A stretch of 64,000 nt of DNA from Octopus bimaculoides (lineage: Eukaryota). Under the pieces are notes generated by a model. The model worked only from the letters and a program-made list of their open reading frames with translations, did no database searches and was not told the DNA's origin. A program made the position numbers and the translations under genes. Position 1 is the first letter of the stretch, and each line of letters starts with the position of its first letter. This document shows positions 12,226-22,821 of this stretch, in pieces. The stretch covers positions 118,619,346 through 118,683,345 of the forward strand of contig NC_068984.1 in the NCBI RefSeq assembly GCF_001194135.2, written 5' to 3'.

Positions 12226-12656
12226 GAAGGTCCTTTGAAGAATATTAATATTGTAATTTTTTTACATCTGTGTGGGTGTTTCTGCATGTATATTCACACA
12301 TAACTGAAACAACATGGAAAATGCTTGGTAAACATTTATTATTTAATAAAAGTAACATTCATTTTTGCATATGCAAAATCTCTTTCCCTTGTCTATCATA
12401 TTTCCAAGCTGCAGACAATAATACTGTCTAGCAGAATGTGCTATTTACTCACCCCCATCAACTTTGCTTGTTCTATACTTATGTTGCTATGGTATTAAGT
12501 AGCTAAGATACAGTTACGTCTAGAACCTATGTTTATGGCAGTATTTTTCAGGAAATTTTAAAATTATATGATCTATTTTCTGATTGTGGTGAAAAAGGAA
12601 TAATCCTGGAATCATGATGGTGCCAAAGTTTACATTAACAAAAGACAATTACTTAC

Positions 12657-12765
12657 ATTTTCTTTATCTGTTTGAGTCTTAGGGGTGAGAGTCAATTGTA
12701 ATATAAGGTAGCCCATATAAGTTGATTTTCCTTTTTCAGATAACATAACTTTCATTTCCTCAGTC
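12657..12765 (-). CDS. MCTP: MCTP coding exon (end of C2A and linker): (V)TEEMKVMLSEKGKSTYMGYLILQLTLTPKTQTDKEN
   Basis: Acceptor ttttttctttttttcag and donor gtaagt; 109 nt, phase 2 to 0, in frame with the previous exon (GT+G = Val). MGYLILQLTLTPK matches the last beta strand of MCTP C2A. Confidence 0.92.
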
Positions 12766-12974
12766 CTGAAAAAAAGAAAAAAGCAGAAAATGAAACTTTT
12801 AAGATGATTTTTGTCATAAGTTTAATATAACATGATTTAGATGGGTCAGTATCTTTATTAGATTTTGTTTTAGTATTTTAGTTTGCAAAATTGTTTGTGT
12901 TGAACAGATTTTGCTGTAGCCTGGAAGGGTTATTATGCCAATAATAAACACATGCACTGGTTCTATTACACTTC

Positions 12975-13160
12975 TTTTACTCTTTTACTTGTTTCAGTCA
13001 TTTGACTGCGGCCATGCTGGAGCACCGCCTTTAGTCGAGCAAATCGACCCCAGGACTTATTCTTTGTAAGCCTAGTACTTATTCTATCGGTTTCTTTTGC
13101 CGAACTGCTAAATTACAGGGATGTAAACACACCACCATCGGTTGTCAAGCGATATTGAGG
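12975..13160 (-). mobile_element. SINE family C
   Basis: cttttacttgtttcagtcatttgactgcggccatgctggagcaccgcc...ggttgtcaagcgat; near-identical to 62210-62400. Confidence 0.8.
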
Positions 13161-13189
13161 GGAAAAACACAGACACACACATATATATA

Positions 13190-13400
13190 TGAGAGAATTT
13201 ACGAAAAAAAAACAACAACAGACGAGGACAGGTGGTGTAAACAACAAAAGGATGTATTAGTTTAACGCTCGGGAATATAGAAAGTCTTTAACGTTTCGAG
13301 CTACGCTCTTCAACAGAAAGAATACGGAGAAAACAAGGAGAAAAACACGGAGAAAAAAAAATTGAATGGTTTGGTCAGCGATCTATCATGGCGTCTGATA
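13190..13400 (-). mobile_element. Short Penelope-like (PLE) derived element carrying a hammerhead-like motif
   Basis: Homologous to 39280-39480 (minus) and 52275-52470 (plus). Contains ctgttgaagagcgtagctcgaaacgt and sits between (TA)n tracts. Confidence 0.6.
13285..13321 (-). ncRNA. Candidate minimal type I hammerhead ribozyme
   Basis: Minus strand reads TCTTT-CTGTTGA-A-GAGC-GTA-GCTC-GAAAC-GTT-AAAGA: stem I 5 bp, stem II 4 bp, GAAAC/GTH core. The core variant is CUGUUGA. Confidence 0.6.
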
Positions 13401-13419
13401 TATACATATACATATATAC

Positions 13420-13583
13420 GATGGGCTTCTTTCAGTTTCTGTCTACCAAATCCACTCACAAGGCTTTGGTCGGCCTGAGGCTATAGGAGAAGACACTTGC
13501 CCAAGGTGCCACGCAGTGGGACGGAACCCGGAACAATGTGGTTGGTAAGCAAGCTACTTACCACACAGCCACTCCTGCGCCTA
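13420..13583 (-). mobile_element. SINE family B (well preserved)
   Basis: gggcttctttcagtttctgtctaccaaatccactcacaaggctttggtcggc...accacacagccactcctgcgcc. Confidence 0.85.
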
Positions 13584-13624
13584 TATTACTATTATTAATC
13601 AATTAGTTAATATTTAATCATTTC

Positions 13625-13985
13625 AGTGCCACATAAAAAGAACCTATGCCAGTGTCACATGAAAAGCACTCATGCTGGTGCCATGAAAAAAAGGAACTTG
13701 TGCTGGTGCCACACAAAAAACATCTGGGCCTGTGCCAGTCTCATATAAAAGCACACATGTCAGTGTCACATAGAAAACATCCATGCCATTGCTATGTCAG
13801 AAGCACCCAATTTACTCTGTAAAGTGGTGGTCATTAAGAAGGACATCCAGCCATATAAATCATGCCATAACAGACAAATCAGAGCCTGATGTAGCTCTCC
13901 GGTTAGCTAGTTTCTGTCAAACATTCTAACCTATACCAGCAAAGAAAATGGACATTAAATGATGATGATAATGATGATGATGAAT
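13625..13985 (+). mobile_element. RTE-tail element, family D, with internal short repeats
   Basis: Repeated gtgccacataaaaag-like units followed by the aacc.at.ccagc...ggacattaaatgatgatg tail. Confidence 0.7.
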
Positions 13986-14412
13986 TAACTAAATTTTTTA
14001 TTTGATTAATCATTTTATCAACCAATTAGTCAGTTAAGGTCATCAAAGTTCTTTTGCCATCATTTGTGACCTCATCAATGACATGTCCTCTCTACCCCAG
14101 GTCTGCTTTGGGTCTGTGATTGACGGATCAACCAATTAATCAAGCAATCAATTGGTTAATTAGTTAAGTAATAACAACAACAACAACAGAAGTGAAATGG
14201 AACCAGTGCATGTGTTTATCGTTGGAATAATAACCTTCCCAAGATAAAACAAAATCTTTATTAGATTTTTCTGGAAATCTTTTAGTCACTGTGCAATGGC
14301 TATCACGTTAAAGTGTGGGATCACATTGTCATAAATAGAGCATTGAATTGAACATCTGAGTAAGGTGCATAACTCTGCTTGTTTAAGTTAATCTGACCAA
14401 AAACAAAAAAAA

Positions 14413-14415
<3 letters not shown>

Positions 14416-14491
<76 letters not shown>
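14416..14491. repeat. (GA)n microsatellite
   Basis: Direct inspection. Confidence 0.95.
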
Positions 14492-14806
14492 TGAGTTTAT
14501 TCTGGTCTTATTTCACAGTCAATAGGTTTCTGTAAAATTTTTCTCTTTTCCTTTCATTTACATCATGGAAATTAAGCATTTTATGATGAATAAAGGAGAA
14601 TTAAGGTATAGCTATGTGGTTATTGAAGTGACTTTGCAACCTTATGGTATTAGGTATGATTCCACTGCATAAAAATTTGAGTAAGTGTCTGCTACTAAAA
14701 CCTGAAGTTGAATAATACTTTATGCACAAAATATGACAAGCAGAAACAGTGCTGAAGCCCACTGTAAATAACTATAAACCTTACTGGGCTTACTAGTTTG
14801 ATACTG

Positions 14807-15061
14807 GAAGGTGTTTATAAGCCATTTAAAAACACAAAAAAAACGTTAGAATTACTTCAACATTTAAATTTAATTTGTCAAAATATTTTCGTCGTTTTTA
14901 GACCGTGACCTGTTCACTGACAGATTCTAATGCAGCAGGGAATTTTGTCAGTGAACAGGTTGTGGTCTCAAAGCAACAAAAATATTGTAACAAACTAAAT
15001 TTAAATGTTGAAGTGGACCTAATGGTTTTTGTGTGTTTTTAAATGGCTTATAAACACCTTC
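14807..15061. mobile_element. Foldback (palindromic) MITE
   Basis: The two arms of about 115 bp are reverse complements (gaaggtgtttataagccatttaaaaa...cctgttcactgac), separated by a short spacer. Confidence 0.85.
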
Positions 15062-15549
15062 TACACTGCAATTGTTTTCATTTCAGCACACAATCTCAGA
15101 TCAGGTCACTTGCTATGCAAGTACATCTCCATAACAGTTTGATACTATTTGGGAATAATTCAAGACAGCTTACAATTCTGATGACAAAAAGCTTAAGTGG
15201 TCATTTAGGTAAGGAAATAAAAAATCATCGTGAAGAAACCCACAGTAACACCTCTGCTCAAGCTGTATTAACAAAGATCTGAGCTCAGCAATACTGTGTA
15301 ATAAATGATAACTTAATGATACTAAGCTGTTGAACTATATACAGTTGCAAACCATGGCTTCTCCTACACTAGTAACGTGTATCTAGGCAGACTACAGTTT
15401 TAATAAATATCTGTAATATAAAACAATGTATTGAATTGCACAAAAGCTTGATTGTTCCTCTGATAAACCAATATTTGAGCCAGTGGAGATTCTATATCCA
15501 AGTAAATATTCTAGTTTATAAAACGATAGCATAGGAAAACTGATGTACA

Positions 15550-15990
15550 AAATTGGTTTCAAATTTTAGCACAAGACCATCAATTGCAAGGAGGGGTTAG
15601 TTGATCACACTGACCCCAGTACACAACTGGTACATATTTTATCGACGTTAACAGGATGAAAAGCAAAGTTGACCCCCTTATTCAGAACATAAAGTCGTAA
15701 AAAATGCCGCTAAGGATATTTGTCCAATGTGCTAATGATTCTGGTAGCTCACCACCTTAACCAGATGTACAATACTGATTTTAAATTTTGGCATGAGGCA
15801 AGCAATTTGGAAGGAGAGAATAAGTCGATTACATTGAGCCCAGCACTCAACTGATACTTATTTTATTGACCCTGTATGGATGAAAGGCAAAGATGACCTC
15901 AACGGAACTTGAACTCAAAACATAAAGATGGACGAAATGCTGTTAAACATTTTGCTTGGCACATTAATGAATCTGCCAGCTTGCTGCCTT
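15550..15990 (-). mobile_element. Two tandem family-A SINE variants
   Basis: Two consecutive ...ccccag..c.caactg.tac.tattt...ggatgaaa.gcaaag..gacc...ccagct.gc..cctt units. Confidence 0.75.
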
Positions 15991-16066
15991 AAACTGATGT
16001 ACAATATTGATTGGCAAATGAATAAGCAAATGAAACAAAGTATTGAATAAAGAAATTGCAACTTAC

Positions 16067-16289
16067 ACATTAGGTTCCAATGTGGTAAGGTCGATAGTGG
16101 CTGACCCCATTGAGTCATCATGCATTGCTCGATCATAGTCAAATACCTTTATACTAAGTGGCTTTAAAACATCTTCAACTGGGATTGTAAATTTCTCGTC
16201 CCAATGAGGATTAAGATTTTTATATATTATTCGGCTTTTATGAAGTAGTTTACTATCAATTTTGAATTTGACATATGGATCACTTGTTC
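16067..16289 (-). CDS. MCTP: MCTP coding exon (core of C2A domain): (G)TSDPYVKFKIDSKLLHKSRIIYKNLNPHWDEKFTIPVEDVLKPLSIKVFDYDRAMHDDSMGSATIDLTTLEPN(V)
   Basis: Acceptor tctcttttcag at 16290 and donor gtaagt at 16066-16061; 223 nt, phase 1 to 2. It has the classic C2 motifs SDPYVK, KNLNPxW and VFDYD..DD.MG, and the acidic Ca2+-loop residues are present. Lies within ORF-track entry 16063..16320. Confidence 0.96.
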
Positions 16290-16437
16290 CTGAAAAGAGA
16301 AAACATTGTTGCTCTATCATTATGTTTAATGTAAATTCAATAAAAAAATTTTTTTATATTTTTTATTAAAATATAAATCAATAAAATAAATCAATAATGA
16401 AATAACAAACAATAATTCTATATCTTCAGCATGTTCA

Positions 16438-16801
16438 TTAACCCTTTTGATACAAACTTGCCTGAAATTGCTGCTTCTTCTATGATACAATTTAAAAATT
16501 ATAAAGTGGTCTACATCAAAACATTCCATCAAAATTTCATGTTAATTTATGTTTCAAACACCAGCTTATTAACGACAAGGTCATTTTACTGACTGCATTA
16601 TTTTCAAAATTAATTGAAACAACAGAAATATGATAACAAAAGGGTCAAAATGATGTAAATTCAAACTTTCAAACATTCCATCAAAATTTCATGTTAATTT
16701 ATGTTCCAAACAAGTTATTTTACAAAATTCTTTATTATTTTCAAAATCAATTGATACAAAAGCAGTGTATTTCAACAGAAATATGGTAACAAAAGGATTA
16801 A
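16438..16801 (+). mobile_element. piggyBac-type MITE, family J, with duplicated right half
   Basis: Starts TTAAcccttttgata. The first unit ends aaaagggtcaa (16648); the right half repeats at about 16670-16801 and ends aaaaggaTTAA. Confidence 0.75.
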
Positions 16802-17699
16802 AGTAGAGAGATACAAGTATATTAATACATATGTACTCCCAACTGAAACAATGACTAATGTAATCTAATTTTCATGGTACCTAAACTAATTTCAACTACA
16901 TGTTTATTTGCTTTTTTTATTTTGATCTGTTATCACATTCACATCTAATTCTCCAAGTTTATTGCAACATTATTGAACAAATGAGTTTAATTATATCTTA
17001 TTTCCTAAGAGTTATTAACACTGATGGAAAATATTTTGAAGTGTTATGCTTATGTAATTCTAATGAACCTTTAAATATTTTAGCTGAAATTTTAGCTTGC
17101 TTTTTTTTTTTCATTTTTTTTCCCTTCTGTGACCAAAAAAATAAAATCAGAAAAAGTCAAATGTAAAGTTATAGAGAGACAATAATTTAACAGTAAGAGT
17201 ATCAAACTCAATACAATGATAGATTTCAATGGATTAGATTTGAATTCTTATTTTTATAAGTAACCATCTCTTCTAATGAATTGTTATTCTAAGTTCAAAC
17301 TTTGACAAAATGGACAAAACATGAGTAGCAGAGCAGGAGAGATAACTAAAGTGTTACATGACCATACATGGTAGTTTAAATTTTATGGATCAGCACCAGG
17401 GGTGTGATCCTTTGTTGTCATAAGCATCCTTAATTATAATTGACAAAATTAGGTAGGATTCAATTAGAAAACAGTAATGCACTCAATTTGGTGACATACA
17501 CAATTTGTTCCAGAAGTCTAACATTGAGCCTTTACTTCAAAATACATCACTCGGAATTCTAAGGTACAAAACTTAGAACTATGAAGCATTTAGTCCAGTA
17601 GTCTGTCATTAAGCTTTATTTCCACGACTCTACAGTTACAGATGAGTATTTACTGAATTAACACTTCTCAATTTCTTCTTTTTTAGTTTAATTTAGTTA

Positions 17700-17950
17700 G
17701 TCCACCCTATACATGCCTAAGCAGTTTTCTTCCAGAGTTTTAGATCATTTGCATGTTGAGGGTCTTCCCAGCATCAGTTGATAGCCTGTAGGTCCTGAAA
17801 GATTTTATGCCAAGTGGTCCAAACTCTACATCTTTTTGTTCATCCTGGTGATGTACATCTTACTGCTGTTTTTGGACACTGATGATCTAACTGTCACAAG
17901 ATGAAAGCAGTCAGTTACTTTCATCATTTTGTTACTCTGTCATTGAGTTT
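17700..17950 (-). mobile_element. Degenerate LINE (RTE-like) 3' fragment
   Basis: The minus strand gives a degenerate C-terminal ...TW..I.QDL..W..ANDLKLW pattern. Confidence 0.45.
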
Positions 17951-18881
17951 TTTATCTCAATGTTCTTAAAGTGAACAGAAAACATTAAATAGAAAAAATT
18001 TATATCTTTATATCTTTTACTTGTTTTAGTCATTAGACTGCAGTCAGGCTGGGACAACCCGCTGAAGAACTTTTCGTCACATGAATCAACCCCAGTTCTT
18101 ATTTTTTTAAGTTTGGTACTTACTCTAGTGGTCTCTTATAGCAAGCTGCTAAATTATAGGGACACACACATACACATATACAGTGGATGCCTTTCAGTTT
18201 CTGTCAACCAAATCCACTAAAAAGACTTTGATTAACTTGAGGCTAGAGTAGAAGATACTTGGCCAAGGTGCCACACAGTGAGACTAAACCTGGAACCGTG
18301 TGGTTGGAAGTAAGCTTCTTCTTACCACACAGCCATGCCTGAGCCTATGTGAATATTTTAAAAATAAAATCAACAATACTATCAAATTTTTAAGATGTAT
18401 TACTTGGTACTACAAAGTTCTTATTTTATTATCTAAGAGATGTAAAATTTTCATAAGAACAAATGGAAGTGTTTTTTAGTCTTAAAGTATTAAGATGTAT
18501 TCTAAGAGGCAATGTTTTGATTTAGCTAAAATCAATAGCACTTTTTCAGAAGTTAACTTATCTTCATAGTTTTACTGCAAGGTACTTATGAATAATTTCT
18601 GCATATAAAATCCCAATCTATTTTATACATTAACAATCACAACCTATTTCATACATAAGTTATTCATGCTAAATATTTAATCTTTAATCTCTTACTTGAT
18701 TCAATCATTAGAACCTGAGGCCATGCTGGGGCACCGCTTTGAAGGTATTTATGTTTTACTTTTTAAAGTTTGATACTTATTTTATTGGCCTCTTTGCCAA
18801 ACCAGACTTATGGGAATTTAAACAAATCAACACTGGTTGTCAAATGGTGGGAGCAATAATCACAAAGACACACACACATAA

Positions 18882-18917
<36 letters not shown>

Positions 18918-19199
18918 ACAAAAGGTAATTTTTATCTGCACTTAAAAGTGGATATTGTGTTAGAACACAAAATACTCTGATAGTAACCATGAGACTAACT
19001 CAGGTTTTTGGTGCATATTAGCACTCTTATTTACCATTGCTAGTGGAGAGATAAATCATCCACTACTGCCACTGTTGAGACTATTAAATCACAATATTTA
19101 GACCTACTTTGACCTTGTCAATGGTAGACACTAACACAAAATCCACTTTTAAGTGGGGATAAATATTACCTTTTGGTATTAACACTGTTTCTGTTGGAA

Positions 19200-19625
19200 G
19201 GTGGTGAACTGGCAGACACGTGAGCAGGCCAGGTGAAATGCTTAGTGGTATTTCATCTGCCATTACGTTCTGTGTTCAAATTCTGCCGAGGTCGACTTTG
19301 CCATTGATCCCTTCGGGATTGATAAATTAAGTACCAGTTATGCACTGGGGTTGATGTAATCGACTTAATCCCTTTATCTGTCCTTGTTTGTCCCTTCTAT
19401 GTTTAGCCCCTTGTGGGCAATAAAGAAATAAGAAACGTTAGCACACCAGGCAAAATGCTTAGCGGTATTTCGTTTGTCTTTACATTCTGAGTTCAAATTC
19501 TACTGAGGTCAACTTTGCCTTTCATCTTTTGGGGTCGATAAATTAAGTATCAGTTGCATACTGGGGTCAATCTAATTGACTGCTCCCTTCCCCCAAAATT
19601 TCAGGCCTTGTGCCTAGAGTAGAAA
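19200..19625 (+). mobile_element. Family-A SINE dimer
   Basis: A full copy ending aaagaaata is followed immediately by a second copy starting agaaacgttagcac. Confidence 0.8.
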
Positions 19626-21309
19626 ATACTGTTTCTGTCGCTAATAATTATTATTTAATAAATATGTATGTATACGACTGGCTACTCCACAGTTCCTGCA
19701 GGCTAAATTCATTCACAGGGCATTGGTTGGCCTAGGGCTATAGTAGAAGACACTTGTCCAGGGTGCCACACAATTGCACTGAACCTGAAACCATATAATT
19801 GGAAAGCAAACTTCTTAGCTACAAAGCTAGCCACACATTCAGTGGTATTGGAGGTTAAATCATTTATTAATTTGCTTCTAGTACGATTCTTAGCACTATA
19901 TATTTTTCATCACAAGAGGATGAAAACTAAAGTTAATCTAAGTTGGTCTCGAAGTCATTAAGTAAAAAAGAAAAGAGACTTAGTACTGCAATGCAATAAA
20001 TCTAATACCTTACACTCATGCAGCATATCATCCCTCTTTATGTTCGGAGTTCAAATGCTACCGAGGTGCACTTTACCTTTCATTCTTTTGGGGTTGATAA
20101 AATAAGTACCAGTTGAGCATTAGGGTTGATGTAATCAACTTATTCACTTGCCCAAAATTGCTGGCCTTGAGCCAAAATTTGAAACTAATATTTAGTTACA
20201 TTCTGGGTTCAACTCTGGCCAAGGGAACTTTATCTTTCATCCTTCCCGAGTCAATGAAAATAGAGTACCAGTCAAGTACTTAGTAGCAATTTAACTGATG
20301 AAACCCTTCCACAAAATGTGTGGTCATGTGTCAAGGTTGAAGGAAAAAAAATCAATATTAGCATCAGAAAATAGACTGCTTCCCATTATAGAACACAAGA
20401 AGGTTTTCTTATACCAGATGCAATATATTTGCATCTCTATACTGCTGCTGGTGCTACTGCCACCACTACTGTTACTTGCTTCTTCATGTACTACTACTAC
20501 TACTACTGCTAAAACAAGTCATAATTCATTCAGGATCCTTGAATAATTATCATGTAATTCAGTATCTTTAGATGACCAATTTTATTTTGTTAGCAGATGA
20601 TGGACTACAATTAGAAGCTGATTTATAAATTTGTGTTTGTTATTCTCTGGTTAAACAGTTCCAATTTGAAGTTGTCCTCTGTTGCAAAATAATCATTATG
20701 TCGGCTTCATTACAATTTGAGTGATACAAATGATTTGTTGATGTGGGTTGTACTGTATTCCTCTCCACAACCAACCCCACCATCTACAGCACTAAGTACT
20801 TTGTCAGCTTGGCTTTCTTTGACATTGAGTAATTTTAGAGGAATTTTAATATCTATTTTAAGCATCATTATAACATCTATTTTGCTGTGTTGGGATATGC
20901 TGGATGGGTCTACTGTATATATTTATTTGTTTCACATTTGTCTTTCCATGATAACATAGGCCTAGAAGAATATATCATTGAGGCATCATTTTACAACCAA
21001 ATGCCCTTCCTGTTGCTAACCATTACTTGTTTCTCAAGCAAAGGATCTCTTATTACACATCTTCAAAAGGACTAAGTCAATGAGTGATTTGTTGACAGGG
21101 AAATGACTACACTGTCACTGCTTGCATCCCAGTGATTTTGGAGAAGCACAAATGTAAACAAACAAATGTGCACATCTATACATATTTTTTTTTTTATCAT
21201 GTCATGTGTGAGACCCATATCCTGAAATTTAACCGTACCACTTCTCACGTTTTTTATCCCGCTTCTTCTGCTAAAAATACTTTCTACTGGCATGAACTAA
21301 ACATTTCCA

Positions 21310-21720
21310 TTTAGAATGGCAGGAAACTGTGGAAGAGGTAGGCCCAGGAAGACATGAGATAAAGTGGTGAAGTATGAACTTTGGATGTTGAGTCTCACAG
21401 AGGTGGTGACAAGTGATTGAAACCTTTGGGGATTTGCAGTACTTGAGAAAATACATCAAGCTGTGACTGGTGCCTTTGACATGCCAGAGATACATAAAAG
21501 GCACCTGTACCAGTGGCATGTAAAACGCATCCATGCTGGTGACACATAAAAGGCATCCACTACATATTGTGGAGTGGTGGGCATTAGGAAGGGCATCCAG
21601 CCACAGAAACTGAGTCAAAATAGACTGGAGCCTGGTACAGTTTACCGGTTCCAGTCAGACCATCTATGCTAGCATAGAAAACAGATGCTAAATGATGATG
21701 AGGATAATGATGATGAATTC
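21310..21720 (+). mobile_element. RTE LINE 3' end with (GAT)n tail
   Basis: ggaagaggtaggcccaggaagacatg (GRGRPRKT) followed by the family-D tail. Confidence 0.75.
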
Positions 21721-21759
21721 AATGTCTCTTTATACATATTACACGTTCATACCAGCACA

Positions 21760-22150
21760 GTCATTTCTCCTGTATACACTGGCTGATGCTTTTAATGCCT
21801 AGTCAATCTCCAAATTCATTTGTATTCTGCTTTTCATACACATTGATGTTACAAATCCATCATGTTAAGCTCTTTAAATTTCTCTTCAGCCTCTGCAGAT
21901 TTTCTATATTGAATGTTCTGGTCTAATTATGAGGCATAATCATATTTCTTACATAAACTTCAAATAGCCTTCCTTTTGCTATTAACAAAGGTATTAGCAT
22001 CATGAATTTCATTTTTCTTATTTTCACTATAACCACCTCCATCATACAATACTCACAGTTATGCCGATAATACCACACTTCGATCTTCCTTAACATTTTG
22101 CATACATGCATCATCAATATACACCCTAAACACATCATTCCAGACTTGTA
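21760..22150 (-). mobile_element. Degenerate RTE RT fragment
   Basis: The minus strand shows remnants of the YLGD..GGG..S...RI / GRLY..CV region shared with 42700-43170. Confidence 0.5.
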
Positions 22151-22294
22151 CAGCTTCTATGAACAGAGACTGTAAGAACAGCCTTCAATGACAACATGAC
22201 ATCAACTCTTCTTCAAAGTACAAAGACACAATCACTACATATATTAAAGAAACAGTCTTGTACCATTCTCAGATTACATATACATACATACACA

Positions 22295-22330
<36 letters not shown>

Positions 22331-22776
22331 CTAATATTATACATATAATATTTCAAACTATAAACCACTTAAAGCTGCTATAAATACAAGGCCTTGAAAT
22401 TGCCAATAATTATTGAAATCTCCAATAATTGCATAAAATGAATCTGCTTTTAAATAGTTTCTGATTTCTCTGTTTCCTTGTTAAGTTATTGATAATTTGT
22501 ATTACCAGCACTGACTTCATTATCGTAAAAACATTTGTCATTGTCAGAATTCAATGATTCCGGCAATAGTTATTTTAATGTTCTTTTGCTCTTGGGATAT
22601 AGTATAGAAAAATCACATCACTGTGTGGTTGAAAAGTTCGCTTTTCAGCCACATGGTTTCTGGATTCAGTTCCATTGTACAACACATCTGGAAAGTGCTT
22701 TTTACTATAACCTTGGACCGACCAAAGCTTTGTCACTGAATTTGGTAGAGGAGAACCAAAAGACCATCATTCATAC

Positions 22777-22821
<45 letters not shown>

